DNA of 63,902 nucleotides, filler included, from Bradymonadales bacterium (GTDB lineage: Bacteria > Bdellovibrionota > UBA2394): NCBI GenBank assembly GCA_007693605.1. It is 4 parts of 4 records of this genome, joined end to end, with 100 filler letters (N's around TTAATTAATTAA, not from the genome) between each part and the next. Parts side by side here need not be neighbours in the genome. Positions count along the whole stretch, not along the records: positions 1 to 27,189 come from REDG01000066.1; 3 more parts are not named here. One strand, given 5' to 3'. A program made the position numbers and the translations under genes. Below the pieces are notes generated by a model. The model saw only the letters and a list, made by a program, of their open reading frames with translations. It searched no databases and was not told the DNA's origin. The first letter of the stretch is position 1; each line of letters opens with the position of its first letter. Below are positions 9,739-19,993 of this stretch, in pieces.

Positions 9739-9854
9739 TTACTTAGTCAGAAGTTTCAAAACTAAGGAAATTTGTCACGAAGCTTCGGAAAAAAATTTTT
9801 AGCTAAATTGAAATTTGATTTGACACGAAAAAAGCTAAAAGAAATCAAGGACTA

Positions 9855-10214
9855 TCACTTGGTCTCTTTCGAAACTGGCAAGTCGAGCGCGTTCCAGCGA
9901 ATCATCCCTCCCATAAGATTGAAGGAGTGCTTTAATCCCGCAGAGAGAGCCATTTCCGTGGCGCGCGAACTTCGTCCGCCACTGCGACATATAAAAACAA
10001 AAGTCTTTTCCGCATCTTGGCTTGGCAAGAACTTCTCTAGTTCCGTTTGCAGAGTAACCCGCCTCGCTCCGGGAATATGCCCCAGCTCCCCCGTCAACTC
10101 GTCAGGCTGCCGAACATCGATGAGTTCGACTTCCAAGAGCTTCTCTTTCAAGTCCATCGGATCGACTTCAGGCACACCGTATTCATTGAGTTTTGTATTT
10201 TTGAATAAGCTCAC
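9855..10214 (-). CDS. rhodanese-like protein
   Basis: IDVRQPDE...GHIPGA...ICRSGGRS...GGMIRW. Confidence 0.9.
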   Translation of the reverse strand: MSLFKNTKLNEYGVPEVDPMDLKEKLLEVELIDVRQPDELTGELGHIPGARRVTLQTELEKFLPSQDAEKTFVFICRSGGRSSRATEMALSAGLKHSFNLMGGMIRWNALDLPVSKETK

Positions 10215-10294
10215 TTTGCTCTCTCCTCTCTTGTAGGCCTCTTACTGCCTAATTCTTAGGATGTCGAGAATCTCCTTACGCTTACAATTGCAAG

Positions 10295-10632
10295 GCCCTC
10301 TCAGCATCAGTTGCGAGAATTTTCTTGCTCAGCGAGGCGCCGACTGAAAACAAGGGAGCCTGAATGCCTTGATGTAGCTTGCGAGTATTTTTCGTCGAGA
10401 CGAGGAAGTCGACGGTAGAGAGGAAGGAGTGTGGTTAGATGCCACATGACTGACGAACGACGAAGACTGACGAAGTAATCGGCCCAAAACCTCTCAGCAC
10501 ATCAGTTGCGAGAATTTTCTTGCTCAGCGAGGCACCGACGACTGAGATCGAAGGAGTGTAGTTCGATGCTACTCGACTGAAGATCGAAGGAGGAGAAACG
10601 AAGCTGAGCAAGAAAAGGCGACGCAAATGACT
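10295..10632. repeat. tRNA-Ser(CGA)-linked structured repeats
   Basis: two related units matching 1934-2125; 14-bp inverted arms TTTTCTTGCTCAGC / GCTGAGCAAGAAAA. Confidence 0.85.
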
Positions 10633-10719
10633 CGGAGAGGGAGGGATTCGAACCCTCGGTACGGTTACCCGCACTTCGATTTTCGAGACCGATGCCTTCA
10701 ACCGCTCAGCCACCTCTCC
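10633..10719 (-). tRNA. tRNA-Ser(CGA)
   Basis: TCGGT-CT-CGA-AA-ATCGA anticodon arm, long variable arm, T-loop. Confidence 0.95.
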
Positions 10720-10841
10720 ACAGGGGTTTCAGTATTTTTATCCTCGTAACGGCAAAACCCGCACTTGGCAAGTTGAGGCCTCAGCGATCGAAGGGGAGTC
10801 TCCTTGCCTGACAGGCCCTTGAAGGGCTAGCTTCCCAAGTT

Positions 10842-11267
10842 GTGGCTGAGTTTTGGGAAAAAGGAATTCGATTTGAGTGTCAGGGCTCGGGAAAGTGTTG
10901 CGTTTCGAGAGGCGGCTTTGGCTTCGTCTATGTCACTTCAAGCGACCGAAAGCGCTTAGCGAAACAGCTCGGGCTCAAGACTCAAGACTTTACGCGAGAC
11001 TTCTGTAAGAAATCAGATGGTTTTTTTCATCTTGTCGACGGTGAAGATGGCAACTGCGTTTTTCTAAAGGATCGTCGTTGTAGCGTTTACGAAGGTCGCC
11101 CCACCCAGTGTCGAACTTGGCCGTTCTGGCCCGAAACGATGAATGCTCGTCGCTGGAACAAAGATGTCGCCAGCTTCTGCCCTGGGGTCGGCAAAGGCCG
11201 AGTCTGGTCAAAACAAGAAATCGAACACCAAATCGAAATCCAATCCAAGGCAGATGTAGAAAGATAA
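10842..11267 (+). CDS. YkgJ family (CxxCxxCC) cysteine-cluster protein
   Basis: FECQGSGKCC, CVFL...CSVYEGRPTQCRTWPFW, CPG. Confidence 0.9.
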   Translation: MAEFWEKGIRFECQGSGKCCVSRGGFGFVYVTSSDRKRLAKQLGLKTQDFTRDFCKKSDGFFHLVDGEDGNCVFLKDRRCSVYEGRPTQCRTWPFWPETMNARRWNKDVASFCPGVGKGRVWSKQEIEHQIEIQSKADVER

Positions 11268-11284
11268 TGACCACGGAATACCGC

Positions 11285-12601
11285 CTAGTTTTTATCCAGC
11301 TTTAAGGCTCTAAGCTTCGTCTTGGCCGCCGTCAGATCGAGTTGGGTTCCGAGCTTTGGCTCACTCTGAAAAGCAAAATATTTTTCATTTCGAACCACCA
11401 GATCTTCACAGTCCACCGTGATCTCTTTAAGTTCAGTAGGTTCAATCATCCCAGATTCAATGGCAAAGCCCCTGAGAGCTTCATTCACAACCAAAATAGG
11501 CTGCCAGGAAAGAGACCCTTTTTCCCTTACCCTTTTTGCCTCTGCCTCAAGCCTCTTGGCCACACCTGCATTTTCAGAGGTGATGGTGGTCTTCTTCATT
11601 CCACGGGGCCCCTGTAAGCCAAGGAAACCATAGCCTGCGGCCATCCCGACATCGTATCGAATGCTTTGACCAACCTCGCGCTGAACCCTTTCAAAGGCTT
11701 CCCCCGTTAGGCCCTTAGCGAAACGAAGGGCCCTGTCCATCACAAAACTGGCCTGATCATTCTCATCATAGAAGATGACGAACAATTCATCTGCAACCCA
11801 GTTCGCATAATAGTTTCCTTGGGGATCGACCCTCTCAAGCTCGCGAAACAAAATTTCATAGTAGAGTTCAAAAATCCCAGACAAGACTTCTGGGGAAAGG
11901 TTTGCCGATAGGCGCTGATAGCTTCGCCAATCCGCACACAAACATACATTGAATCTTGTTCTTGGCGTGAAGGCCCTACTCAAGACTTCTTCATCGCTTA
12001 CAGTCGAAATCAATTTTGCCTCTCTTTGGGGAATATAGTGACAGAGATTGGAGAATCGCTCAGAAAGACCAAAGTGAAACTCGCGCCTAAAATAAATTGC
12101 CAACGGTATACATATAAAATGACACACAGTTAGCAGCCCAAAGAAAGTGGCAGCCTCGTGCGCGCTGAATACAAGGCCAACAACAACCATGACACTAACG
12201 AAACTATAGGTCCACTGCTCCCGCGGATACCTATACACAGTTGCATACGAGAAGAAAGTAACCATCAAGTTTCCAATAAAAAAGATCCATTGGTCTGCCT
12301 TGTGTGATGTGACTAGAAAATAAAAGTACATCAAAGTTCCGAGCAGAGCTGGTAGAATCAATGGGATGGCTAGGGCACTGCCCCTCAGGCGGGCTACAAG
12401 AAGGATCGAAAGTGCACAAACCGCACAAAAGGCTAGCCTGAACCATAGGGCTGGGTAAGGGTCTTGAAGAAACAAAAGATCAAATGGAATCACGACCCCC
12501 ATTGCGATTATTGCAAAAATCGCATTGAATCGCGCCTGTAAGGGCCGATGGTGAGTAGCGTGCGCTGCTGCAAGCTCTTTGACTACCCGCGCATCCTTCA
12601 A
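11285..12601 (-). CDS. membrane-bound class III adenylate/guanylate cyclase-like protein
   Basis: about 6 N-terminal TM helices; ADWRSYQRLS, WVADEL, VGMAAG, AKRLE cyclase-like motifs (divergent). Confidence 0.7.
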   Translation of the reverse strand: MKDARVVKELAAAHATHHRPLQARFNAIFAIIAMGVVIPFDLLFLQDPYPALWFRLAFCAVCALSILLVARLRGSALAIPLILPALLGTLMYFYFLVTSHKADQWIFFIGNLMVTFFSYATVYRYPREQWTYSFVSVMVVVGLVFSAHEAATFFGLLTVCHFICIPLAIYFRREFHFGLSERFSNLCHYIPQREAKLISTVSDEEVLSRAFTPRTRFNVCLCADWRSYQRLSANLSPEVLSGIFELYYEILFRELERVDPQGNYYANWVADELFVIFYDENDQASFVMDRALRFAKGLTGEAFERVQREVGQSIRYDVGMAAGYGFLGLQGPRGMKKTTITSENAGVAKRLEAEAKRVREKGSLSWQPILVVNEALRGFAIESGMIEPTELKEITVDCEDLVVRNEKYFAFQSEPKLGTQLDLTAAKTKLRALKLDKN

Positions 12602-12710
12602 GCCAGCAGAAAAATTCTTGATCGGACCTTCCCCCCCAGCTTTAGTTTACCTTGTGAGGAGGAACTTGGCAGCCCCCTAGCGAGACCGCATTGGGGCCCT
12701 GCAACAGGAC

Positions 12711-14672
12711 TCAGACTGTGCTATCAGCCGATCCTTCACTCAACGCTGCCTTGTTGGTGACCCCTATTCCAAATGCCTTTTGAAGGCTCGCCATTGAGGT
12801 CATCATCAAGAGAAGGGGCTCGACCGCAATTCGATCTTTGCCCGAAAGTTTGGGTAGCGCTGAAACGATCCCTTTAACCATGTTTTGGTTGTAAAAGGGC
12901 AAATCTTGAAACTCGCTTGAATTTAAGGTGTCCAAAATGAATTCATCTGCCCCACCGATGTTGGAGGGTGGTGCTAGAAAGGGGTGTTTCTGCCTGGAAT
13001 AGACACTTTCGGGAAGCTTGTCCTTAAAGGCCTCGCGAAGAATATACTTCTCTTGCACGCCTCGTATCTTTTTTGACACCGGGAGCTTGGCCACAGCCTC
13101 AAAAACGCGGTGGTCCAAGAAAGGAAGTCGAGCCTCAACCGAATGACTCATCTCCATTCGATCACCCAGAACGGTCAAATTGTATGCGGGAAAGATCAGC
13201 TTGGTCCAAAGGTAAGCAGCCTGACTCACAGGATGGGCTCCCGTGATAGCTGAGAGCTTCAGCTCAGACAAGGCGCGAAACAGAACATCACCCCTTCCAC
13301 ACCTCTCTTTAAACTCTTGCGACAAAAAATGAGCCGCCTTTTCGCCTGACGACTGATTCACCTGCAAGAATGAGGGCACAAAACCGAACAATCGTTTGGC
13401 CCCCTGAATCTGGTTCTCCACCTCCGAACCCAAAAGAATGCCCCTTGAGAACTCGTTCGATTCTTCCAAATTCTCAACCAGCTCTCTTTTTGCCTTCGCA
13501 TCAAGATCTTCATTTGCGTGGAGGATTAAGTCCCTACGGAATGGCAGATAACCAAGAAAGGCTTCGTCGGCCCCCTCCCCAGTTAAAACACATCGAATGC
13601 CTTGCTTTTGTACTTCACGAGAGAGCTGATATTTGGCGACGCCATGCAGATTGACAAAGACAAACTCAGAATGCCATACGGCTCTTTCGAATTCATCACA
13701 GAGACTCTTTTGACTTACCGGAACTCTCTCAAAGGCTGCCCCTAAACTCTTCGCAACACTCTCAGCCAGATGACTCTCATCATATCGATTATCCTCAAAC
13801 GCAATCGAAAATGCTTTAACCGGCCTCTGACTGAAGCTTTGAGCCAGGGAGAGAATAGCGCAGGAGTCGATCCCGCCGGAGAGGTAAGAACAAACTGGAA
13901 CATCCGCTCGCAAGCGATCTTTGACCGCATCAGCAAGGGCTGAATGAACCATCTCTACTGCCTCTTGGTCAGAGACCTCCAGCTCCTCTCCACGCCTCGG
14001 ATACTGAATATCCCAATACTCTCTTTCTATAAAGTTGTTCGGTCGACCGAGCAGGAAGTGACCCGGCTGAATCTGCTTCACACCTTGAAAGAGACTCCCA
14101 CGAGGGGAGAGCAAAAGTTGTGTATGCAGTTGGTAGACAGCATCCTCATCCCATTCGGGCTTTACGCCCAGCTCAAACAGGCCTTTTGCTTCTGAAGCAA
14201 ATACTAGGCCCTCCTCTGTCTTTGAGTAGTAGAGGGGCTTAACCCCAAATCGATCTCTGGCTGCAAAGAAAATCTCATTCTCCGCATCGTAGAGGACAAA
14301 GGCGAACTCGCCGCGCAAATCATCTAGGCAACTCACTCCCTTCTTTCGATAAAGATGAATGAGGATTTCACTATCACTCCCCGTTTGAAAGTCATGACCT
14401 TCTCTTTCTAGCTGAGCTCGAATTTCTTCGAACCCATAGAATTCACCATTCACAACAACCCATATCTTCTCGTCAGCGGATCGCAGGGGCTGTTTGCCGG
14501 TACGAAAATCAATGATTGAGAGCCGAGCATGCCCCAAACCCACTCGTTTGTTCTCAGATATCCAGTGTGACTGATAATCCGGCCCTCGATGACTAAGCAC
14601 CTGAAGAGACGACTTCACTTGAGACTCGTTTACTGGTCTTTCTTGATTAATGACTGCTACTATTCCGCACAC
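12711..14672 (-). CDS. asnB: asparagine synthase (glutamine-hydrolysing)-like amidotransferase
   Basis: MCGI N-terminus, HRGPD, NGEFY, LSGGIDS, TGEGADE, EARLPFLD. Confidence 0.9.
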   Translation of the reverse strand: MCGIVAVINQERPVNESQVKSSLQVLSHRGPDYQSHWISENKRVGLGHARLSIIDFRTGKQPLRSADEKIWVVVNGEFYGFEEIRAQLEREGHDFQTGSDSEILIHLYRKKGVSCLDDLRGEFAFVLYDAENEIFFAARDRFGVKPLYYSKTEEGLVFASEAKGLFELGVKPEWDEDAVYQLHTQLLLSPRGSLFQGVKQIQPGHFLLGRPNNFIEREYWDIQYPRRGEELEVSDQEAVEMVHSALADAVKDRLRADVPVCSYLSGGIDSCAILSLAQSFSQRPVKAFSIAFEDNRYDESHLAESVAKSLGAAFERVPVSQKSLCDEFERAVWHSEFVFVNLHGVAKYQLSREVQKQGIRCVLTGEGADEAFLGYLPFRRDLILHANEDLDAKAKRELVENLEESNEFSRGILLGSEVENQIQGAKRLFGFVPSFLQVNQSSGEKAAHFLSQEFKERCGRGDVLFRALSELKLSAITGAHPVSQAAYLWTKLIFPAYNLTVLGDRMEMSHSVEARLPFLDHRVFEAVAKLPVSKKIRGVQEKYILREAFKDKLPESVYSRQKHPFLAPPSNIGGADEFILDTLNSSEFQDLPFYNQNMVKGIVSALPKLSGKDRIAVEPLLLMMTSMASLQKAFGIGVTNKAALSEGSADSTV

Positions 14673-14682
14673 GACTGGCTCC

Positions 14683-15273
14683 TTAGATTAGAAATACTGC
14701 TGCTGTTGAATGAATTTTCACCACCCCCTCGAAGTCGGATATGAGATGAACCTCATAACGCGTTGGCGATAACTGTTTGATGGCTGTGACCCAGAGCCGT
14801 TGAAGAACGCCCCGATTCTTCCGAATCATTGATGGCATTGAAACATCAACTTGCGTTGGCCAGATCTTTAACTTCTCTTTCTCTCCAGACTTGTATTCAA
14901 AACCAAACTTCTTACTGAGGACCAAGTACAGCAGCTTTTGAGTGTGAACCAGCCCAGTCAAGAAAATCAAGTGGTCCGGACTCTTCTCCATCGAGCTCTG
15001 ATACTCTCGATCGAAAGTGGCCTCGGCATATTGATCCCAAATTCGATACTCATGAATCCTCAGCTCTTCCCGAACCGGCGCATCCTTCATAACATTAAAG
15101 GAGCAACTTATTTGAGCCTCGTCGCGATGTATCGTTGGCTCACTTGTTGGAACGGCACGAGTTGCCGTTTGATGTGATCTTGCCTCCTTCAGCACGGCTT
15201 CTGATGGAAACGACAGTACAACTGGGCGGTGTCTTGATCTAGTTTGGCTCTGTGATGTTGAAATTGTATTCAT
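14683..15273 (-). CDS. hypothetical protein, possible hotdog fold
   Basis: ATG at 15273 with AAGGAG RBS; 10 bp from asnB; PDH-helix followed by beta strands. Confidence 0.6.
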   Translation of the reverse strand: MNTISTSQSQTRSRHRPVVLSFPSEAVLKEARSHQTATRAVPTSEPTIHRDEAQISCSFNVMKDAPVREELRIHEYRIWDQYAEATFDREYQSSMEKSPDHLIFLTGLVHTQKLLYLVLSKKFGFEYKSGEKEKLKIWPTQVDVSMPSMIRKNRGVLQRLWVTAIKQLSPTRYEVHLISDFEGVVKIHSTAAVFLI

Positions 15274-15299
15274 TTGTGATCTCCTTTGAGCCATCTATG

Positions 15300-15314
15300 G
15301 CAAAGGACGGTCCA
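15300..15314 (-). promoter_or_regulatory. putative sigma54 -24/-12 promoter
   Basis: TGGACCGTCCTTTGC (GG-N10-GC), 27 bp upstream of the ATG. Confidence 0.55.
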
Positions 15315-15526
15315 CAAAACGACGAACACAGCCTGACTTCATTTGGAGCATAAATAATTGATAATATTGACTTTTTTATAGCAGGTTTTCGGCCCAAGAG
15401 ATGTTCTTAAAAAAATATAGTAAAAACAAATGTTTACAGAGCAGAGCGCGGAGCCATTGGCCCCCTATGGTCTGATTTGGGCAAAACGGAAGGATTCAAT
15501 GAGCGGAAAAACTGATTTGGCGGGAC

Positions 15527-15754
15527 TTAATCGAGCTGTAGCCCAGTGGCCGACTCCAAATCTTCAAGCTCGCCATAAAATGCATCTAGCTGCTGATAGA
15601 GCGCATCAATGTCAGCCTCAATCTCCTCCTTTAACTTAGAAATCGAATCCGAGCAGTTAACACATGTTAACCTGCTGCTACCTCCTCCGTCCCCAAAAGA
15701 ACTAGATGGTAACGCCAATACAGCCCCTAGTATAAAAATCTGCAGTAACCTCAT
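15527..15754 (-). CDS. small secreted protein
   Basis: signal peptide, GAAGGG RBS, sigma54-like site CGGCATAGGCCTTGC at 15789-15803. Confidence 0.6.
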   Translation of the reverse strand: MRLLQIFILGAVLALPSSSFGDGGGSSRLTCVNCSDSISKLKEEIEADIDALYQQLDAFYGELEDLESATGLQLD

Positions 15755-16028
15755 CGAATAGCCCTTCCCTTCTCTGGTTTGAGAGGCTGCAAGGCCTATG
15801 CCGCAAGAAAGTTAAATAATTTCAATCCCCTGCCGGCTTCCACTCGACAATTTTTGCGAGCTTTTGAACAAAAATTTTCCCTGCCTTTAGGTGCAGGCTT
15901 TGGGCTGACAGATCAAAAACTGTCAGATATAAGGGTTCTAAGCTGAAATCTGCCGTTTTTAGTTAGATCAAGTCGTCTGTTTTTCGCGAATTTGCCGAGA
16001 ATCATCACGAAACTAGGCCTGTTTTTAG

Positions 16029-19000
16029 TTGACCCCGTTGGCATGGTCCGATTTCACGGCTATAAGGGGGCGCTTGAGAGCCTCAAGACAAAGCCTAGTA
16101 AAACCTCGTGAGACTTTGGACAGCATGCACCAAGGCCTTCGCGAACGCCCTGTTGTTATTGTTCAATCGAGGGCCCTTGCCGGCAGCTCAACTCTTCTCG
16201 AATTGTTTCGTTCTGAGCTTGAGGAACTCGGACAAGCCCATATCTCCATCAGTCTCAACGAAAAGACCTCCATTGAAAACATTCTGAAGGAGCTTCAAGC
16301 CCAGTTAAATTTACGACCGAATGAGAAAAGCTCCCTGACTGATCAGCTATTTAAAGAGCTCGATGCACGAGAAATTTGTCTACTGATCGATGATGCACAT
16401 TTGATTGCCGGTGGCCTTGGGGCCTTTGTGGAGTTTTTCTTGGCAAGACTGAAGACGGCCTCTCTTGTACTCACAAGCAAGCAGGCTCCAAAACTGAAGA
16501 AAACCCTCTATCTCGATCTAAAACTGATTGAGTACCAGAGTCTTTCGACCCAGGAGGTCGGCCAACTTATTCACCAATGTCTGGGGCAGAGCTTGGAGGC
16601 CTCAAGCGTCGAAGAAATCTGGAAGCTGTGTCAATTCAACCCTCAGTTGTTAAAATTGACACTTGCGAACTTTGTCTTAGAACGAGAGCCCTTCGATCTC
16701 GATCATTTTAAGCAGCTTCTCAAGCTTGAAAAGAAGGACCACTACCGCTCTATTTTTGCCCGAATGTCTGAAGCCACTCAGAGCACTTTGGCGAAGTCTG
16801 CAGCCGTTGCATTCGATCCTGAACTTTCTGATCTCATTTTTAAGTCTCTTGATGACGACTCTCTGGCGGAGCTCTTTGCTGTGGGCTTTCTGCAGCAAAG
16901 AGGGGAGAAAGTGTTTATTGAAAATCAAGAGTTACAAGAGCTCTTATTGGAGCTCGAAATTCCAAGAGAAATGTACTCTCAGCTTTTAGAAAGCCTCTGT
17001 GCTTTAGAGCCTCGCCCCCTCAAGGCTGAGATTTCTATTCTTATCGGCCTAGGCAAATTAAAGGAGGCCGCCCAGATTCTAAACGAGCATTGCAGCAAGA
17101 TTTCTAATGCTGAGACTAATGAGTCTTATCGACGATTGGCAAGTCCACTTTGGGATCATCTCAGCGCCCTTTCAAGCTATTATGTCATTATCGGCTACTT
17201 CATGGAGTTTCGAGATGAAGAAGCCATTGCTCTTTGCGAGAGGGCCTTACAAAAAAACTGGGATTCAGTGGATGATCATCACTTCATGCAGATCCTGCGA
17301 ATCCGAATCACACTGACCGAGAAACAATACAGATCTCAACTTTTGAAACTGATCTGCCAAACTCAAATCGGTAGCGCAGGCTGGGTGTTTGGTTGGGCGC
17401 TTTTCTTTCGTAGTTTATCAAATCTTTCAGACTCAGGGAGATCAGGCCTGTTTTTTGCATTTCTTGAAAAGCACTACACGGGTTCCTCGGCCTTTCTTAG
17501 TCGCATCGTGCCTTGGGTCGAAGATGCCTTAGTGGATAAGATGTTAGCCCTTGGGAGATTACAAGAAGCAGGCCAGCTCACTGTAGAAAGACTTCAAAGA
17601 CCAAACCCCATAGGGAGTCCGTTGGTTCATGTCGCAGTCTTCTCAGATTTAGCTCTCTTCAGTTTTCGTTTCTTCGGCCCGAAGACGCATATGGAGCAAT
17701 TCTCCCAAAGCTCAGATGAACTTCGATTCTTTCGGATTAGTGGCGGTCTGCAGTCAACCAAAAGTCTGTTGGGCCTCTACAAACTACGACAAGGCTTGCC
17801 ACCAGACCCTTCTTCAAAGAAATTACCGCAGAAGTCTCTTCGAAATTGGTTTGTTGTTGCGACGAGGCTTGAAGCCTTGATTCGTGGATCTCAAATCAGG
17901 CCCGCCTTGAATTTTTTAGAGCAGTATCTTCGGGAGGACTCCGATTTAGTTATAGCCGAGAAAAATCTTGCAGCGGTTTTGCTCAACTGCTTAGAGGTTC
18001 AGAGAGAGCTCTTGAGTCAAGTGTGTGGTTCGGGAAAGCTCTCTCTGTCTAAACATCTGGATTCAAGCCTGATGGGAAATGTTGTTTTTCGGGAGCCTCT
18101 GTTTGGCGTCTTAGGCGAGCTGAACGCAGATTTCTTCTGGCAGGCGTGGAGCTTCGACGAGCGAATTCTAAGATTTTTGAAGCGGCCCAAGCTCTTCAAT
18201 TATCTTTATCGACCAAGCTATATGAGTTCGTTTGCTTGGTCGGCCCTTCTTGATGGCCGGTTCAAGCTAGCCGAAGACTGGTTTCAAGAGGTGATTGAAC
18301 TGAGTGAGGCTCAGGATTTGTTTCTGCCCCTCGGTCGTGCCTTGATGGGAATGGGCTTGATTCGCATGAACAGCGGTCAGGCTCGAGAGGCCCTCGCCTT
18401 CTTTCGGCGAGCCCAAGGCCTTTGCAGTGAAATGCAGGAGGGAAAAGAGCGAAAACTCAGTCAACTTCTTGTAGCGCTTTGTCTCTTGGAGTTGGGAAAT
18501 CGAAAGGATGCCGAAGCGATTCTTGAGGCTCAGCCGGAGCCTGAGGGCTTTGTTAGTCTGAATCATTTTGTAAGAACTTTAGCAAACCTCAAGCCCGGCT
18601 CAGATGAAGGCCGTACGAGCCACGAACAAAGTTTTACAAGCCAGATTCTAAAAATCTGCGGCATCAAAAAACAAGAACTCTGGGAGGTCCATACCAACAA
18701 AGCGGGCCTTCAATTGCTTGATCGGGAGCCTTCGGCAAAACCGGCTTGTAAGCTTTATTGGAACCACAGCAGAAACACCCTGAAGCTGAAAGCTTCTGAA
18801 GAACTCTCTCTGGCAGACCGACCCGCGGTCGAGCAACTCCTGCTTTTTCTAATGTCTCGACCCAATGAATTTTTCTCAAAAGAGGAATTGATTGGGATTG
18901 TCTGGAAGGAGAAATACAATCCCCTGGTTCATGATTCTCGAATTTATACGACTGTAAGAAGGGCTCGGCAACTCTTTCGAGAAGCTCTGAATCAAGAGAT

Positions 19001-19316
19001 CATTTTGATGTCGAATGGATTGTATGGCATCAACACGGAGGTTCCGTATGAACTTGTACGAAAGCAGTCCCCCCGACAGGATTTGAACCCAAGACAACGA
19101 TGGATTCTGGAATTTCTTGAGGTGAATCCCTATCTCGATCGACAAACGGCCGAGCGAGTTCTAAAGCTCAGTAGTACTCAAGTAAAACGGGAACTGAAGG
19201 AGCTTTGTGATCGCGCCCTGGTGATTCGAGAAGGAAAGGCCCGAGCCACTCGCTATCACCTCGCAAACCGCATGATCTACGCCCAAGACCCAACTCATCA
19301 GTCGCACGCTGGTTAA
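16029..19316 (+). CDS. large ATPase/TPR transcriptional regulator with OmpR-type wHTH and a second C-terminal HTH
   Basis: degenerate Walker A (ALAGSST), LLIDDAH Walker B, TPR-like helices, FSKEELIGIVW...YTTVRRAR wHTH, C-terminal GKARATRY HTH. Confidence 0.75.
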   Translation: MTPLAWSDFTAIRGRLRASRQSLVKPRETLDSMHQGLRERPVVIVQSRALAGSSTLLELFRSELEELGQAHISISLNEKTSIENILKELQAQLNLRPNEKSSLTDQLFKELDAREICLLIDDAHLIAGGLGAFVEFFLARLKTASLVLTSKQAPKLKKTLYLDLKLIEYQSLSTQEVGQLIHQCLGQSLEASSVEEIWKLCQFNPQLLKLTLANFVLEREPFDLDHFKQLLKLEKKDHYRSIFARMSEATQSTLAKSAAVAFDPELSDLIFKSLDDDSLAELFAVGFLQQRGEKVFIENQELQELLLELEIPREMYSQLLESLCALEPRPLKAEISILIGLGKLKEAAQILNEHCSKISNAETNESYRRLASPLWDHLSALSSYYVIIGYFMEFRDEEAIALCERALQKNWDSVDDHHFMQILRIRITLTEKQYRSQLLKLICQTQIGSAGWVFGWALFFRSLSNLSDSGRSGLFFAFLEKHYTGSSAFLSRIVPWVEDALVDKMLALGRLQEAGQLTVERLQRPNPIGSPLVHVAVFSDLALFSFRFFGPKTHMEQFSQSSDELRFFRISGGLQSTKSLLGLYKLRQGLPPDPSSKKLPQKSLRNWFVVATRLEALIRGSQIRPALNFLEQYLREDSDLVIAEKNLAAVLLNCLEVQRELLSQVCGSGKLSLSKHLDSSLMGNVVFREPLFGVLGELNADFFWQAWSFDERILRFLKRPKLFNYLYRPSYMSSFAWSALLDGRFKLAEDWFQEVIELSEAQDLFLPLGRALMGMGLIRMNSGQAREALAFFRRAQGLCSEMQEGKERKLSQLLVALCLLELGNRKDAEAILEAQPEPEGFVSLNHFVRTLANLKPGSDEGRTSHEQSFTSQILKICGIKKQELWEVHTNKAGLQLLDREPSAKPACKLYWNHSRNTLKLKASEELSLADRPAVEQLLLFLMSRPNEFFSKEELIGIVWKEKYNPLVHDSRIYTTVRRARQLFREALNQEIILMSNGLYGINTEVPYELVRKQSPRQDLNPRQRWILEFLEVNPYLDRQTAERVLKLSSTQVKRELKELCDRALVIREGKARATRYHLANRMIYAQDPTHQSHAG

Positions 19317-19501
19317 TGCGCATCTCTGAGGGTGAGTTATCTGCCGTGAATCAGCCGCGACCCTGTGCGAGGCCCTTCTTTGCTACTCGTGAGCAATGAC
19401 CACTTAAAATCATTGTAGGGATTTCACAACAACCTGGCGGGCTTAGCCAACAGTCTCACACCAATTCCTTCCGATTATCTTGATTTATGCGACTTGGCCG
19501 C

Positions 19502-19516
19502 TGGCACATCTCTTGC
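19502..19516 (+). promoter_or_regulatory. sigma54 promoter of the tube/effector module
   Basis: TGGCACATCTCTTGC, consensus match. Confidence 0.8.
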
Positions 19517-19558
19517 TGTATCATCTCTCAAATTTTGTGAAGGAAGGAGAAATGATCG

Positions 19559-19987
19559 ATGTCCGATACCCATGAATTTGAAGTAGCCACCAACAAATTT
19601 ACGGTTCAGATCGAAGGATTTGACTTTAAAAACTGCTCGGCTGTCTCTGGCCTGGATGTGATGACTGAAAAGTTAGATGTTCAAGAGGGGGCTCAGAAGC
19701 AGATCAGTTACCGAAAGGGGAGGACCTATGCCGCTGACCTCGTTCTCACTCGAGTCTTCAAAAACAAAAATTTGTTTAGTTGGTTTAAAGAGTGTCAGCA
19801 GGGCCGCGTTGAAAAACGGAGCGGCTCGATCGTCTGCACCGACGATGAAGGTCAGCAAGTGGCTACCTTTCTTCTAAACGGCTGTTGGCCCATTGCTTGG
19901 TCAGGCCCGGTTTTCTCAACTCAGAGCGCAGGAGACATCGCCTATGAAACCGTCAAGCTCGCTGTCGAAGACCTTGATCTGGAGTAA
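19559..19987 (+). CDS. phage tail tube protein (T4 gp19 / Afp1-Afp5 like)
   Basis: FTVQIEG...SGL...QEG...LVLTR...LFSWF...RSGSI...CWPIAWSGP...ETVKLA. Confidence 0.9.
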   Translation: MSDTHEFEVATNKFTVQIEGFDFKNCSAVSGLDVMTEKLDVQEGAQKQISYRKGRTYAADLVLTRVFKNKNLFSWFKECQQGRVEKRSGSIVCTDDEGQQVATFLLNGCWPIAWSGPVFSTQSAGDIAYETVKLAVEDLDLE

Positions 19988-19993
19988 TCGGGC

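Noticed and set aside
19559..19987. Prophage
   Set aside because: A single tube gene with no capsid, terminase, integrase or other phage genes.
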